Below are positions 9,301-20,484 of a stretch of 64,000 nucleotides of DNA, in pieces. The notes beneath the pieces were generated by a model that saw only the letters and a program-made list of their open reading frames with translations, ran no database searches and had not been told where the DNA came from. Position numbers and translations under genes: made by a program. The stretch is taken from the NCBI GenBank assembly GCA_007376135.1, contig VMFR01000002.1, positions 156,870 to 220,869 of the forward strand. The letters are read 5' to 3'. This DNA comes from Parcubacteria group bacterium Gr01-1014_31 (GTDB lineage Bacteria; Patescibacteriota; Patescibacteriia; Buchananbacterales; GWA2-38-13). The stretch's first letter is position 1. Every line of letters begins with the position of its first letter.

Positions 9301-9330
9301 TGACAAGTGGGTCATCCGACGGTATCATTA
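9301..9330 (+). promoter_or_regulatory. Candidate sigma70-type promoter for the 16S rRNA
   Basis: ttgaca, 17-bp spacer, tatcat, about 370 bp upstream of the 16S 5' end. Confidence 0.35.
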
Positions 9331-9700
9331 GGGAGCGTTTAAAATCGCTAACGTTCACAACCGGCGCCTAACTGTTTCCACAGCTCCCGACCGCGACGGA
9401 TTGCGGTGCAGGAAAAACAGTGGCATCTGATAGCGGAGACCGTGGCGTAACTGCCAAACCCTCCGCCGCCCTATCAGGTTCCTCTGTTTTTTCTTCACCC
9501 AAAATGGTGAAGGAAAACGGACGTTGACAACTGAAACGTGGTAGGAACAACCACTGTTGTCCCGCTTCGGCGGGGCAACAGCCTACAGTCAATTCCTTTT
9601 TTGTCGGCTCCCATCGGGGGCCGGCAGAGGCTGGTTTCTGAAGCTATCTTTCAGCCTGCTTCGCCACTCGGCGAAGCTATCAATAAAAGAGCTTTCACTT

Positions 9701-11190
<1,490 letters not shown>

Positions 11191-11315
11191 AAGGAGTACG
11201 GTGTTTCTTCCAACTTCACGGTGGAAGCAACAATTCGGTCGGTTTCTGTTCTTCGGAACGGAAATCAGGAATTGACTCGGTATTCCTACCACGTTTCAGT
11301 CGTCAATCTGAAAAA

Positions 11316-11345
11316 CCCCGCCAGGTGGCGGGGTTTTTGTTATAT
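11316..11345 (+). terminator. Rho-independent terminator after the 16S
   Basis: aaaaccccgccaggtggcggggtttttgtt. Confidence 0.55.
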
Positions 11346-12263
11346 GTTTTTGGCGTCTTTTAGAATGTCTTTTTGGTACCTTTCTAAGAAAGGTACCCCC
11401 AAAGTCGCGCCCCGTGTTCGGAAAGTAGAAAAAATCAGGCTCGCTCGTCGTAAAATCGCTATGCGCAAGATTTGCCGCGCCCCGGGGACGGACAGGCGCC
11501 AGACGTTTTTTGGCAGCAGCATCCAGGACGCCGCGCTGATACGATAGCCGGAAGCCTTGCGGGTCAACCCTGACGTTTCTAGTCGCCGGGCAATTTCCGC
11601 GCGGGTGTAGTACTTCAGCACGTTGGGCGGACGCCTGCCGCTGAGCGCATTGAGCGCGCGCGTGGGCCAGAACGCCGGGCAGTACCGGTTGGGGAACGAT
11701 GCGTCAAAGATGAACGCACCGCCCGGTTTCAGCACGCGGGCAATTTCGTGCAGTGTCCGCTGGACAAACTGCTTGCCCATATGGAGAAAGACCGCGGAGG
11801 ACAGGCACAGGTCAACGCTGTCGTTCGGCAGGGGCAGCGCGTCTGCCGAACCGCAGATGAGGGAATACTGGGCGCTGGGGAAGATGGCGAAGGCCGCGCG
11901 GTAGCGCAAAAAATGCCGCAGCATAGTTTCGGCGATATCCACCCCGAAGTAGCGGTCGCAGGTCAGCTTCTTTTCGCGGGAAAGGTAGAGCGGGATGCGC
12001 CCGTAGCCGCAGCCGATCTCCAGCACGGTGCCGATGTGCTGGTCGGACGGAAAGCGCTGCCACACCTCCCCTATTTTTCCCGCCAGCGTGGCAAAGTCCT
12101 CTCGGCCGTCGCCGGTTGTGGCGATAGCCGACCGCACGTGGTCGAAAGCTGCTTCCTGTTCCCACTGCTGCCGGTAGGCGGACACGGGCGCGCCGTCGCG
12201 GGGGAAGTAGATGCCGTCGCGAGTAGTCCAATCGTTGAGCAAAGCGTTGGCCATGTTGCTCAT
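11340..12263 (-). CDS. Class I SAM-dependent methyltransferase
   Basis: Motif I LEIGCGYGR and motif post-I VDIAE. Start set at MSNMANALL (cat at 12261-12263); the longer ORF to 12926 is upstream read-through. Confidence 0.7.
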   Translation of the reverse strand: MSNMANALLNDWTTRDGIYFPRDGAPVSAYRQQWEQEAAFDHVRSAIATTGDGREDFATLAGKIGEVWQRFPSDQHIGTVLEIGCGYGRIPLYLSREKKLTCDRYFGVDIAETMLRHFLRYRAAFAIFPSAQYSLICGSADALPLPNDSVDLCLSSAVFLHMGKQFVQRTLHEIARVLKPGGAFIFDASFPNRYCPAFWPTRALNALSGRRPPNVLKYYTRAEIARRLETSGLTRKASGYRISAASWMLLPKNVWRLSVPGARQILRIAILRRASLIFSTFRTRGATLGVPFLERYQKDILKDAKNI

Positions 12264-12341
12264 TGTAGCCCGAATTACGAGTGGCAGTAAGGCCGCTCTT
12301 TTAAAGGGAAAGGAATAACGGTACAGTATGGACGTTCGTCT

Positions 12342-13733
12342 ATGGTCACCTCTGCCAGCGATATTCCGAAAAATTCGGCGCTTTCTGCCGATCTGTGCAT
12401 CATCGGTTCCGGTCCGGCGGGGTTGTCGCTGGCGCTGGAGTACAGGGGCCGGGGCGAGAAGGTCTGCGTCCTGGAAGGCGGCGAGCGGGAGCCGAATGCC
12501 GACGCGCAAGCGCTGAACGATTTGGAAGTGGACGCCCAGCCGGTTTCCCTCAAATCGCGGCTGCGCGTACTGGGCGGCACGGGCAAAGCGTGGCGCGGGC
12601 TGTGGAAACCGCATGATGCAATAGATTTTTCGGCGCGGCCGTGGGTGCCCCAGAGCGGGTGGCCGTTTTCGCGGGAAACCGTGGCGCCGTACTACGCGCG
12701 CGCGGCAAAATTGTTCCATGCGCCGGCGGCGGCCGACTTTCCCGCCGGCGGCCTCCTGGATTCTCCGCGGCTGGCCACAGCTCCGCTGTTCCGGCTGCAG
12801 GACGCGGATTTGGACCTGGCGGCCAAGTACGGGCCGGAGCTGGAACAGTCGAAGAATATCACGGTGTACGTGGGGGCAAACGTCGTGCGGCTGCAAACTG
12901 ATGGCAACGGTGTGCACGCCGCGCACGTTGAAGTCAGGACTTTAGGCGGCAACGCGTTTACCGTTGCGGCAAAACAATTCGTTCTCGCTTGCGGCGGGAT
13001 TGAAAATGCGCGGCTGTTGCTCCACTCCCATGTCGGCAACGGAAACGTCGGCGCATATTACCAGGATCACCCGAAGGGCGTTTGCGGCGTACTGACGGCC
13101 AGCAAACCGGTCCGCTGGCCGGCCTACTGGGGGAAAAATTCCGGTGTGTGGTGGATGAAGGCCGGGCTGCGGCTGCCGGATTCCGTGCAGCAGCGCGAGC
13201 AGGTACTCAACAGCTTCATTACGCTGGAGCCGGAATTCGGCAAACTCGGCAAATTCGGGAAAAAGTACCTCGGACATACGCCGGCGGTCCGAATCATCCG
13301 CGTTCGCAATTATCTGGAGCAAGCGCCCGTTTCCGGCAATCGCGTGACGCTGAGCGGCAAGGTTGACCAATTTGGCAACCCGATTGCAAAGATCACCTGG
13401 TCGCTGTCGGAGTTGGATAAAAGAACAATGGTTGTTTTTCACCGCATCCTTAAAGAAGAGTTTGCCGCCCGCGGTATCGGCAAGTTCCGCAGTCCCCTGC
13501 TTGATGGCGGCAAGGATTTTCCGGTCTTCACGGACGCATCGCACCACATGGGTACAACCCGCATGGGGACCGACCCGCACACTGCCGTCGTGGATGCGGA
13601 CTGCAAACTCCACGGCGTGGACAACGTCTTTATCGCCGGCAGCTCGGTCTTCCCGACCAGCGGCTACGCCAACCCGAATGCGACGATTGTTGCGTTGGCC
13701 ATCCGGTTGGCAGACTATCTAATTAGAACGTAA
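12342..13733 (+). CDS. GMC-family FAD-dependent oxidoreductase
   Basis: N-terminal Rossmann motif DLCIIGSGPAG and C-terminal GMC signature (H...GTTRMG...VVD...HGV.N.FIAGSSVFP). Confidence 0.8.
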   Translation: MVTSASDIPKNSALSADLCIIGSGPAGLSLALEYRGRGEKVCVLEGGEREPNADAQALNDLEVDAQPVSLKSRLRVLGGTGKAWRGLWKPHDAIDFSARPWVPQSGWPFSRETVAPYYARAAKLFHAPAAADFPAGGLLDSPRLATAPLFRLQDADLDLAAKYGPELEQSKNITVYVGANVVRLQTDGNGVHAAHVEVRTLGGNAFTVAAKQFVLACGGIENARLLLHSHVGNGNVGAYYQDHPKGVCGVLTASKPVRWPAYWGKNSGVWWMKAGLRLPDSVQQREQVLNSFITLEPEFGKLGKFGKKYLGHTPAVRIIRVRNYLEQAPVSGNRVTLSGKVDQFGNPIAKITWSLSELDKRTMVVFHRILKEEFAARGIGKFRSPLLDGGKDFPVFTDASHHMGTTRMGTDPHTAVVDADCKLHGVDNVFIAGSSVFPTSGYANPNATIVALAIRLADYLIRT

Positions 13734-13868
13734 TAATTTTATTTTATGTGGGATTTTATTCGGAGCATGAAATATTATATTTTAGGTCTCTGATGGTTCG
13801 ATTGAAATTGAAGATTTTGGAAGAATTGATAGTAACTCTGTTCAGATGGTTGAGAAAATAAAGGATTT

Positions 13869-14456
13869 ATGATTTCCTATTCGATTCCAAAATCTCCTAG
13901 TGATAATTTATTCAATAAAAAGGATGGGAAGAAGACTCCCATTGTATCAATATTATCTTTATTGGTTTCTTTTGGAACCCTAGTTTTTGTTTTTTATAAC
14001 TATTTTTTTCTTGAGCGTGCACAAATAGGTTTAAAAGATTATAAAGTAATTAGAATGGATGATGAGGGGAAAACCAGGTACCAGATAACTTATAAATTAT
14101 CAAATTATGGGAAAGTATCGGCCAGCGATGTGTCATTTAAAATATACGCAATGACTATTAATGATGATAGCTTTAAAAAAATGATATGGTCAGATAGTAT
14201 AGTCAGCATCGTTGTCCCCGGGGCAGATTTCCCTTTTGGTGTAGATACCTTGGACTTCAGCCCAGATAACCTTGGGAAGAGCATGGCGCTGATTTTTGAT
14301 TTTGAATTCAATGATACGATGTTTTCCAGAAGAAAATCGCAGTTGTGGTTTAGGTATCAGGCAGGAACTGTGGGGGACAACGTGTTATTTTATTTACTTG
14401 AGAGTGAACGAGATAAAATTATGGAAAAATATAAAGAATTAAAGACCACACAGTAG
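13869..14456 (+). CDS. Hypothetical membrane-anchored protein encoded in a low-GC island
   Basis: AT-rich codon usage in an otherwise 65% GC window, with an N-terminal TM helix. No recognizable domain. Confidence 0.5.
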   Translation: MISYSIPKSPSDNLFNKKDGKKTPIVSILSLLVSFGTLVFVFYNYFFLERAQIGLKDYKVIRMDDEGKTRYQITYKLSNYGKVSASDVSFKIYAMTINDDSFKKMIWSDSIVSIVVPGADFPFGVDTLDFSPDNLGKSMALIFDFEFNDTMFSRRKSQLWFRYQAGTVGDNVLFYLLESERDKIMEKYKELKTTQ

Positions 14457-14547
14457 TAAATCATTGAAATAGTTCCAGCCGTTTGACTCCCCCAACTGTC
14501 CAGTAGTACGTTGCAACCGTGAGGGGTTAATACCTAATTTTCGTCTT

Positions 14548-15261
14548 ATGCGTCCCACAACAAAACGGCGAGCCGTGGTTATCTCGCTAGTAGCAGGGCT
14601 ATCAGTTGGTACTTTCGCCCTCGCGTCGCACCTCTCCGTTGAAGCGGAGAAGTTTTTTCAAAAAACCTGTACCCGATTAGATATAAAGGGTATTAACGCC
14701 TTTGTTTGCGATTTGCGCGAGAGACTCGACGCGCTCACCGTCCGCGTCGACAACATTCCCGCCGGCCCGCAAGGCGAACCGGGTCCCGCCGGATCACCAG
14801 GGCCGCAGGGACCCGCGGGTGCTGGACTTGTTGTGAAAGATGTCAACGACGTCGTTATTGGTCCTCTCGTCCAAATTGAAAATAATCAACTTCTCATTTG
14901 GAAACCGAGTATCCAAAGAGTGATTGAGCTTAACCCGGTTCTTGAAGAAACAACGGTCTTACATTCATTTGGTGTTGTACTTAGTTACGAGTCTAATGAT
15001 TGTACGGGAAACCCGGTGTGGGGCGAGGGGGCGATTCTCCGCGCCGACTATGATGTAGCGAATCCTCCAAGCCAGGAAGGGTGGACCAAAATGCATGCTA
15101 CCGATATCGTTGTGCAGGTTATTGTTAATAGTGAATGGAATAATGTGAGTCGAACCTGCACCGCAGTCCCTGGAAAAATTCTTGGAACAGCTGGGTTGAT
15201 GGTTGAAGGACCATTCGGTGGGGTGCCATATACCGGTCCACTTAAAATTGTTGAGGAATAA
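14548..15261 (+). CDS. Collagen-like triple-helix repeat protein (signal-anchored, Gly-X-Y run, C-terminal globular domain)
   Basis: GPQGEPGPAGSPGPQGPAGAG G-X-Y repeats and an N-terminal hydrophobic segment. Low GC. Confidence 0.6.
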   Translation: MRPTTKRRAVVISLVAGLSVGTFALASHLSVEAEKFFQKTCTRLDIKGINAFVCDLRERLDALTVRVDNIPAGPQGEPGPAGSPGPQGPAGAGLVVKDVNDVVIGPLVQIENNQLLIWKPSIQRVIELNPVLEETTVLHSFGVVLSYESNDCTGNPVWGEGAILRADYDVANPPSQEGWTKMHATDIVVQVIVNSEWNNVSRTCTAVPGKILGTAGLMVEGPFGGVPYTGPLKIVEE

Positions 15262-15278
15262 GGTAAAATAGTACATTA

Positions 15279-15312
15279 TCAACCCCCGCCCTCGCCGGCG
15301 GGGGGTTTTGTT
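15279..15312 (+). terminator. Rho-independent terminator
   Basis: aacccccgccctcgccggcgggggttttgtttt. Confidence 0.55.
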
Positions 15313-15356
15313 TTATTGCGAGTGCTAAATTCTTTTTTGTACGGTAAAATCAGGCC

Positions 15357-17126
15357 ATGCGTATTAGCTGGTTTTCCAGTCAACAATCGCGAAACACCCT
15401 GCTGGTAATTTTGGCTGTTGCCGCAGTATTGCGGTTCTGGAACCTCGGCGGGCCGGATATGGTGACCGACGAGGTGTACTACGCGCTGCGGGGTATTGGA
15501 TATTTGGATTACATCGGTTCCGACCTGCAGTCCACCCCCTTGTACTGGTTCAATCCCCTGCCGGCGTGGACGATGCTGTCTATGCACGACCACCCGCCGC
15601 TGGTGTTTTTGGTCGCCAATCTCTTTTTCAATCTCTTTGGCGTGTCGGTGCTGGTGGCGCGGCTGCCGTTTGCGCTGGCCGGCCTTGGGTCGGTGTTGTT
15701 GGTCTATCTCATTGGCCGTAAGATGTTTTCCGAACGGGCGGGGCTTGTCGCCGCTGCCGTGATGGCCGTGTCTAGCCACGCGGTGTTTGCTTCGCGCACC
15801 GCGCTGATGGAACCGATGGCCATCGTGCTTATCCTGCTGACGTGGTTCGTTTTTTTACTGGCACTGGAAAATCCAAAGTGGTTTCCGTGGTGGGGCGCTG
15901 TTTTGGGTTTGAGTTTTCTTGCCAAGTACACGGCGTTCCCGGTGTTAGCGGTTTGTGTTGCCTACCTGGCGTTGTTTCGGCGCGACATTTTTAGATTGCG
16001 GAAATTTCACGTCGGACTGTTTGCAGTCCTCGCGGTTTTCTCTCCCGTCATCATCTACAACGTGATGCTGTACCGCACCACGGGACATTTTGATTTGCAG
16101 TTTGCGGCCCTCTTGAAACAACAGGTGCCGGAGTGGCAGCTATTGGCAGAAAAGATACCGACCAGTTACTGGGATAATTTCATCGGCATCTTCCGCGGGC
16201 TGGTGGACGCGTACTCGCCCCTGGCATTGGGGTTGGCGGCGATCGGTCTTGCCTATTCGTTTTTGTCATTCCGGCCCCGGAGCCGGAATCCAGTAACCCC
16301 ACCGGTTTCTTTGAGCGAAAAAATCGGCTTTCTGGATTCCCGCCTTCGCGGGAATGACGAAAGTGCCAACCACATTTTGTTATTACTATTTTTGGTCGCC
16401 TACACGCTGCTCTTGGTTCTTATCAAGCCCCTGCCGCGGTTCCTCTCCTACTACCTACTGGTGTTCCCGCTGGCAAGTGGTGCGGCGCTCACCGCAGCAT
16501 GGCAAGCTAAGCGCGGGCTGGAGCAGTATGCGCTGCTTGGGCTTGTGGCGTTGGCCGCAATCTACGAACTGGGCTTTTCCGTGAATACCAATCTGGTGCC
16601 GTTTTCCTATGGCGCACCCAATCTCGCTTGGTCGCTGGTGCGGCCCTACACCTCGGACTTTGGCATTAACGCCCTGGACCGCTGGATAGATAAGGAATTG
16701 GCAGGGAAAACTTCCGCGGGCGTACCGCAGACGGGTACTGTGCCGCTGGACGCGGCTATCCAGCGTAATGCCGAGCGGTACGGCCGCGGCAAGCAGCAAG
16801 CCAAAGTACTGCTGGTCTATGATACTCACTTGCACGAGACTATTACGTTGTGGGTATTTGACCGCCGTTTCATCTACCAGGGATTTCCGGCGTACTATGC
16901 AGACGAATTTTCCGACACGGTTGAAAAGGAAGGCGCCGAAAAATTCAAGGGCTATACCATTTATTATGTTACGGGCACCGAGTACAGCCTGTGGCGGCAG
17001 CGCGGTACGGTCAGCGCGGCGGCGATGAAACTGGAAAAGAAACTCGTCGGCCAAGGGTTCTCCCCCACTCCCATCACCAACAGCGTCGGCCTGCCGGTGT
17101 TCAAGGCGTATCGGTTCGGGTTGTAG
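15357..17126 (+). CDS. GT39/GT83-superfamily polytopic glycosyltransferase (ArnT/PMT-like, undecaprenyl- or dolichyl-phosphate-sugar dependent)
   Basis: About 12 TM segments and an N-terminal DE/YY...G motif (VTDEVYYALRG). Overall topology is typical of the ArnT/PMT_2 family. Confidence 0.65.
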   Translation: MRISWFSSQQSRNTLLVILAVAAVLRFWNLGGPDMVTDEVYYALRGIGYLDYIGSDLQSTPLYWFNPLPAWTMLSMHDHPPLVFLVANLFFNLFGVSVLVARLPFALAGLGSVLLVYLIGRKMFSERAGLVAAAVMAVSSHAVFASRTALMEPMAIVLILLTWFVFLLALENPKWFPWWGAVLGLSFLAKYTAFPVLAVCVAYLALFRRDIFRLRKFHVGLFAVLAVFSPVIIYNVMLYRTTGHFDLQFAALLKQQVPEWQLLAEKIPTSYWDNFIGIFRGLVDAYSPLALGLAAIGLAYSFLSFRPRSRNPVTPPVSLSEKIGFLDSRLRGNDESANHILLLLFLVAYTLLLVLIKPLPRFLSYYLLVFPLASGAALTAAWQAKRGLEQYALLGLVALAAIYELGFSVNTNLVPFSYGAPNLAWSLVRPYTSDFGINALDRWIDKELAGKTSAGVPQTGTVPLDAAIQRNAERYGRGKQQAKVLLVYDTHLHETITLWVFDRRFIYQGFPAYYADEFSDTVEKEGAEKFKGYTIYYVTGTEYSLWRQRGTVSAAAMKLEKKLVGQGFSPTPITNSVGLPVFKAYRFGL

Positions 17127-17149
17127 CACTGCGCAAACATTAAACGATA

Positions 17150-17180
17150 AACCCCCGCCCAATGGCGGGGGTTTGGGTTA
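17150..17180. terminator. Bidirectional terminator between convergent genes
   Basis: aaacccccgcccaatggcgggggtttggg. Confidence 0.5.
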
Positions 17181-17200
17181 CAAGCTCTAAGTTACAGGTT

Positions 17201-18091
17201 TCAAGGAGTGAAATCCTTCCGCGTTTTGTCCAGTCGCGCGCGGTTGGTGTTGGCCAGGAGATACATTTTGCCGTCGCCGGTTTTCAGGTAGGCCTCGTCG
17301 TCGTTTGGCGCTTTGCCCAAGCTGAGCTCCATCTGCCGGTCGTTCAGCGTCAGGCCGATGATGATATTGAGCGGCGTGAACGCGGTGTCATCGGGCAGGA
17401 ATTCCACCGCGTTGAGGTTGGCAATGTTGGACGCGAGGAGACTTGCTTGCTGCTGGTTGGCGGGCTTCCCATCCAGGAGCCACGCGCCGTCCTTGCGGGC
17501 GAGCGTGAATTGCTCGCGCCCGCGGCGGTATTTCATCTCTTGGATGTCCTGCTCCGGTACGCGTACGATCGCCTTGTCGCGCCAGTCGGTGCGGGTGAAC
17601 ACGTCATTGGGGATGGGTTCCACCACGAAGACCGCGTCACTGTCGGCGTCCATCAAGAGGCTGGTCCCATCCTGGTCGTCTCCGCGAGATATCCACCAGG
17701 CCCGGATGATCTTTCCGCCGCCCGACAGCGTCAGCTCAATGCGCTGCTTAGGGTCCAGCTTCAATGCCGCCAGATCCTTGGCATTGCCGGCGACCGACCG
17801 TACTTGCACCTGGGAAAGGTCGTCCAGCATCCGGTCGATGATGGCGGCGTCCGCGGGGAAATTGTTTGATGACGCGACGTACCACTCACCGCCGGTTTTT
17901 TTCAAGCGCACGCTGTAGTCCTTCTGCTTCATCTCAATACCGTCCACCGCCGACGGGTCGGAAATTGCGACCTGGGTTTTGCGCTGTTCCAAGGCCTGCA
18001 GGCGGCGGTACTCGCGGAAGCGTTGTCCGACGATGCCGGCGACGATCAGGAGTAAGACCGCCACGAGGATATAGGTGGAGCGGAAGCGCAT
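17201..18091 (-). CDS. DUF4340-like protein (accessory component of GldG-type ABC systems)
   Basis: N-terminal TM anchor and ~300-aa domain organisation. Sits immediately downstream of the GldG-like gene, the synteny typical of DUF4340. Confidence 0.6.
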   Translation of the reverse strand: MRFRSTYILVAVLLLIVAGIVGQRFREYRRLQALEQRKTQVAISDPSAVDGIEMKQKDYSVRLKKTGGEWYVASSNNFPADAAIIDRMLDDLSQVQVRSVAGNAKDLAALKLDPKQRIELTLSGGGKIIRAWWISRGDDQDGTSLLMDADSDAVFVVEPIPNDVFTRTDWRDKAIVRVPEQDIQEMKYRRGREQFTLARKDGAWLLDGKPANQQQASLLASNIANLNAVEFLPDDTAFTPLNIIIGLTLNDRQMELSLGKAPNDDEAYLKTGDGKMYLLANTNRARLDKTRKDFTP

Positions 18092-18130
18092 AGGCGAGCT
18101 GGTAGCTGGTAGGAGTTAGCTGGTAGTAGT

Positions 18131-19735
18131 TTATCCGGTTTGGGTGTAGCGCGCGATGGCTTTGGCGGTGGCGCGGCGGCGGATGAGCATCGCCAGCAGT
18201 CCGCCGCCGGCGACCAGCGCGCTGCCGCCAAAGATGTTGCCGTAGCGGATCCCGGCGGCTTGCTGCTCGGTGACCGCTTTGAGCGGCCGCCGTACGGAAC
18301 TGCGCGAGCGGATCTCAATCAGCGACGCGTCCTGCAGCATGGCGTCCAGCCCGTTGCCGAGCAGCACCATGTTTTCCGGCGCCTGCTGCAGCATGTTGAC
18401 GGTCAAAAACCGGCTGTTGCCCACCACCAGCACCGCGCCGTTCTCGGTGGAGCCGGCAACATCGTCAGTTTTTACGGTGACCCCGTCGGGTACGGGTTTG
18501 CCTGCGAACGCCGACGCCAATTTGCCTTGGATGAGCGCGGCAACCACTTTTGCCCCCGGTCCCCCTGGCGGGATCTGCTGTACCGCATCGGGGGTGAGGA
18601 ACAGCGGCCCGTTGCCGGTGGCAAAGGCCCCGCCCTGCGGGCTGGTCTGCCCCAACACGATGACGCGCTCGTCGTTCGGCATGACCGTCAGGGAGCTGGG
18701 CCAGGGGAAGGTGATGCTGCTGATCTTGCCGGTGATGGGGTGGTTTCCGTTCAGGCCCTGCCATGCCCCGCGCGCCTGTACGATCTTGGGCCAGACCGGG
18801 TAGGCTGCCAGCACCCGGCGGCCGCCGGCGTCGAAGGCCAGAATTTCCGGCGATTGGGGGTCCGCAACGACATCCGCATTGATAGTGACCCCCCACGCCG
18901 TCAGCAGCGCGTTGAGATTGGTTTGGTTGGGTTCAGCGAGCATCGCTTGCTGCTCGTCCACGGACACGCCGTCGGCAAAGACCAGCAGCTTGCCGCCCTT
19001 CATGACGAATTGGTCGAGCGCGAACAGTTCGGCGGAGGTGAAGACGGTCGTTGGTCCGACCATCAGCAGGCCGTCCACGTTGCCCGGGCTCAGCGCGCCG
19101 TTGGCGAACTGTACGTCGGTCACCTGGTACTCGCGGGTAAGCGCCTGCCGCACCGCCGGGTCGAGCGTTTCGCCGTGGCCGGTCGCGATGCCCAGAGCCG
19201 GCAGTTTTTCGCGCGTCAGGCGGCGGATGGCCAGCGTCAGGTCGTACTCCAGGTTCGTGGTGGCATTGATGACCGGCAGCACTTCATTTTTTTCTAGGTA
19301 GCCGACCACCAGCCCGGCGTAGCCGGAGCTGATCTCCAGTTTTTTAGTACCAAACGAGTTGAACTGCACCTCCGGCACGCCCAGCCGCTCGGCCTCGTCT
19401 TTGGTCGCCTGGTCGTCCTTAGGGTCGAACGTTTCCACCAGGAGTTTGCCGCGCCCGAATCGCTGGTATTCGGAGACCAGGTCGTGGACGTCCTGCCGGA
19501 TGCCGATGAGTTCTTCCGGCAGCTCGCGCGAAAAAAATATTTTTACGGTCACCGGCTGCGTGAGTTCTGAAAGCACCCGCCGCGACGCCTCCCCCAGCGT
19601 GTACTGCTTATTGGCCGTCAGGTCCCACCGCAGGGTGATGGGTGTAAGTAGTACATTCGCCGCCACGAGGATGACGGGTACCAGCAGCACCCGCGCGAGT
19701 GAATGGAAATGGTAGAGGGTTTTTTTCGTGGCCAT
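18131..19735 (-). CDS. GldG-like ABC-transporter-associated protein (ABC-type uncharacterized transport system auxiliary component)
   Basis: N- and C-terminal TM anchors around a large periplasmic domain. Sits between the ABC-2 permease and DUF4340, as in gldAFG clusters. Confidence 0.65.
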   Translation of the reverse strand: MATKKTLYHFHSLARVLLVPVILVAANVLLTPITLRWDLTANKQYTLGEASRRVLSELTQPVTVKIFFSRELPEELIGIRQDVHDLVSEYQRFGRGKLLVETFDPKDDQATKDEAERLGVPEVQFNSFGTKKLEISSGYAGLVVGYLEKNEVLPVINATTNLEYDLTLAIRRLTREKLPALGIATGHGETLDPAVRQALTREYQVTDVQFANGALSPGNVDGLLMVGPTTVFTSAELFALDQFVMKGGKLLVFADGVSVDEQQAMLAEPNQTNLNALLTAWGVTINADVVADPQSPEILAFDAGGRRVLAAYPVWPKIVQARGAWQGLNGNHPITGKISSITFPWPSSLTVMPNDERVIVLGQTSPQGGAFATGNGPLFLTPDAVQQIPPGGPGAKVVAALIQGKLASAFAGKPVPDGVTVKTDDVAGSTENGAVLVVGNSRFLTVNMLQQAPENMVLLGNGLDAMLQDASLIEIRSRSSVRRPLKAVTEQQAAGIRYGNIFGGSALVAGGGLLAMLIRRRATAKAIARYTQTG

Positions 19736-19739
19736 AGTG

Positions 19740-20453
19740 TTACCGCCAATGCCGCCGAACCAACGTGTAGACGTTCAGGTAGAGGAACAGCCCGATGAGC
19801 GACAGGAAGTAGACGATATCGCGCAGGTCCAGCACCCCTTTGGCGATGCTTTGGAAGTGGGTGTAGGTGGAAATGCGGTAGAGGAGGTCGGACAGCGGCC
19901 CGGCGGATGCCAGCGTGATGGAGATGCCCGACACGAGCAGCGCGAACGATGCGGCGATGGTCGCGAGGAACGCGACGATCTGGTTGCTCGTCAGGCCCGA
20001 GATCCACTGCCCCATCGCCAGGTACGCGCAGCCAAACAGCCACGCGCCCAGGTACCCGCCGATGACCGGCCCCCAGTCCAGGTCGCCCAACCGCGCAACG
20101 GTGAGCGGCAGCGTCAGGGAGAACGCCAGCGCTGCAGCTAGGAAGGTCGCGTTGGCCGCGAATTTCGCGACCACCACCTGCCACTCCGGTATCGGCAGGG
20201 TCAGCAGCAGTTCCGCGGTGCCCTGGCGCTTTTCCTCCGCCCAGGTGCGCATGGAAACGGCCGGCACCAGCAGCAGCAGATACCACGGCAGCAGGTCAAA
20301 GTAGGTGCGCAAGCTGGCCTGGTTGAAGAGGAAAAAACTTTGGAAAAAGAGCCAGTTGCTGGTGACCAGAAAAACGACCGTGAAGACGTAGGCCGTCAGC
20401 GAAAAAAATTGGCCGCGCAGCTCTTTGATGTAGACGGAAACGGCGGGAGACAT
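19740..20453 (-). CDS. ABC-2 type transporter permease (GldF-like)
   Basis: Six predicted TM helices; ABC-2 family size and position. Confidence 0.7.
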   Translation of the reverse strand: MSPAVSVYIKELRGQFFSLTAYVFTVVFLVTSNWLFFQSFFLFNQASLRTYFDLLPWYLLLLVPAVSMRTWAEEKRQGTAELLLTLPIPEWQVVVAKFAANATFLAAALAFSLTLPLTVARLGDLDWGPVIGGYLGAWLFGCAYLAMGQWISGLTSNQIVAFLATIAASFALLVSGISITLASAGPLSDLLYRISTYTHFQSIAKGVLDLRDIVYFLSLIGLFLYLNVYTLVRRHWR

Positions 20454-20484
20454 ACCGGGTGAAGCAGGAATTAGGAAGAAAGAA

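Noticed and set aside
7326-9358. Long minus-strand ORFs 7326..7805 and 7760..9358 overlapping trmD/purA
   Set aside because: purA and trmD on the plus strand have clear catalytic motifs; these are antisense GC-frame artefacts.
12275-12616. Short ORFs between the methyltransferase and the GMC oxidoreductase
   Set aside because: They lie inside or overlap the two convincing flanking genes and have no independent signal.
18140-19297. 385-aa plus-strand ORF antisense to the GldG-like gene
   Set aside because: Antisense frame of a convincing minus-strand CDS; R/G/D-rich.
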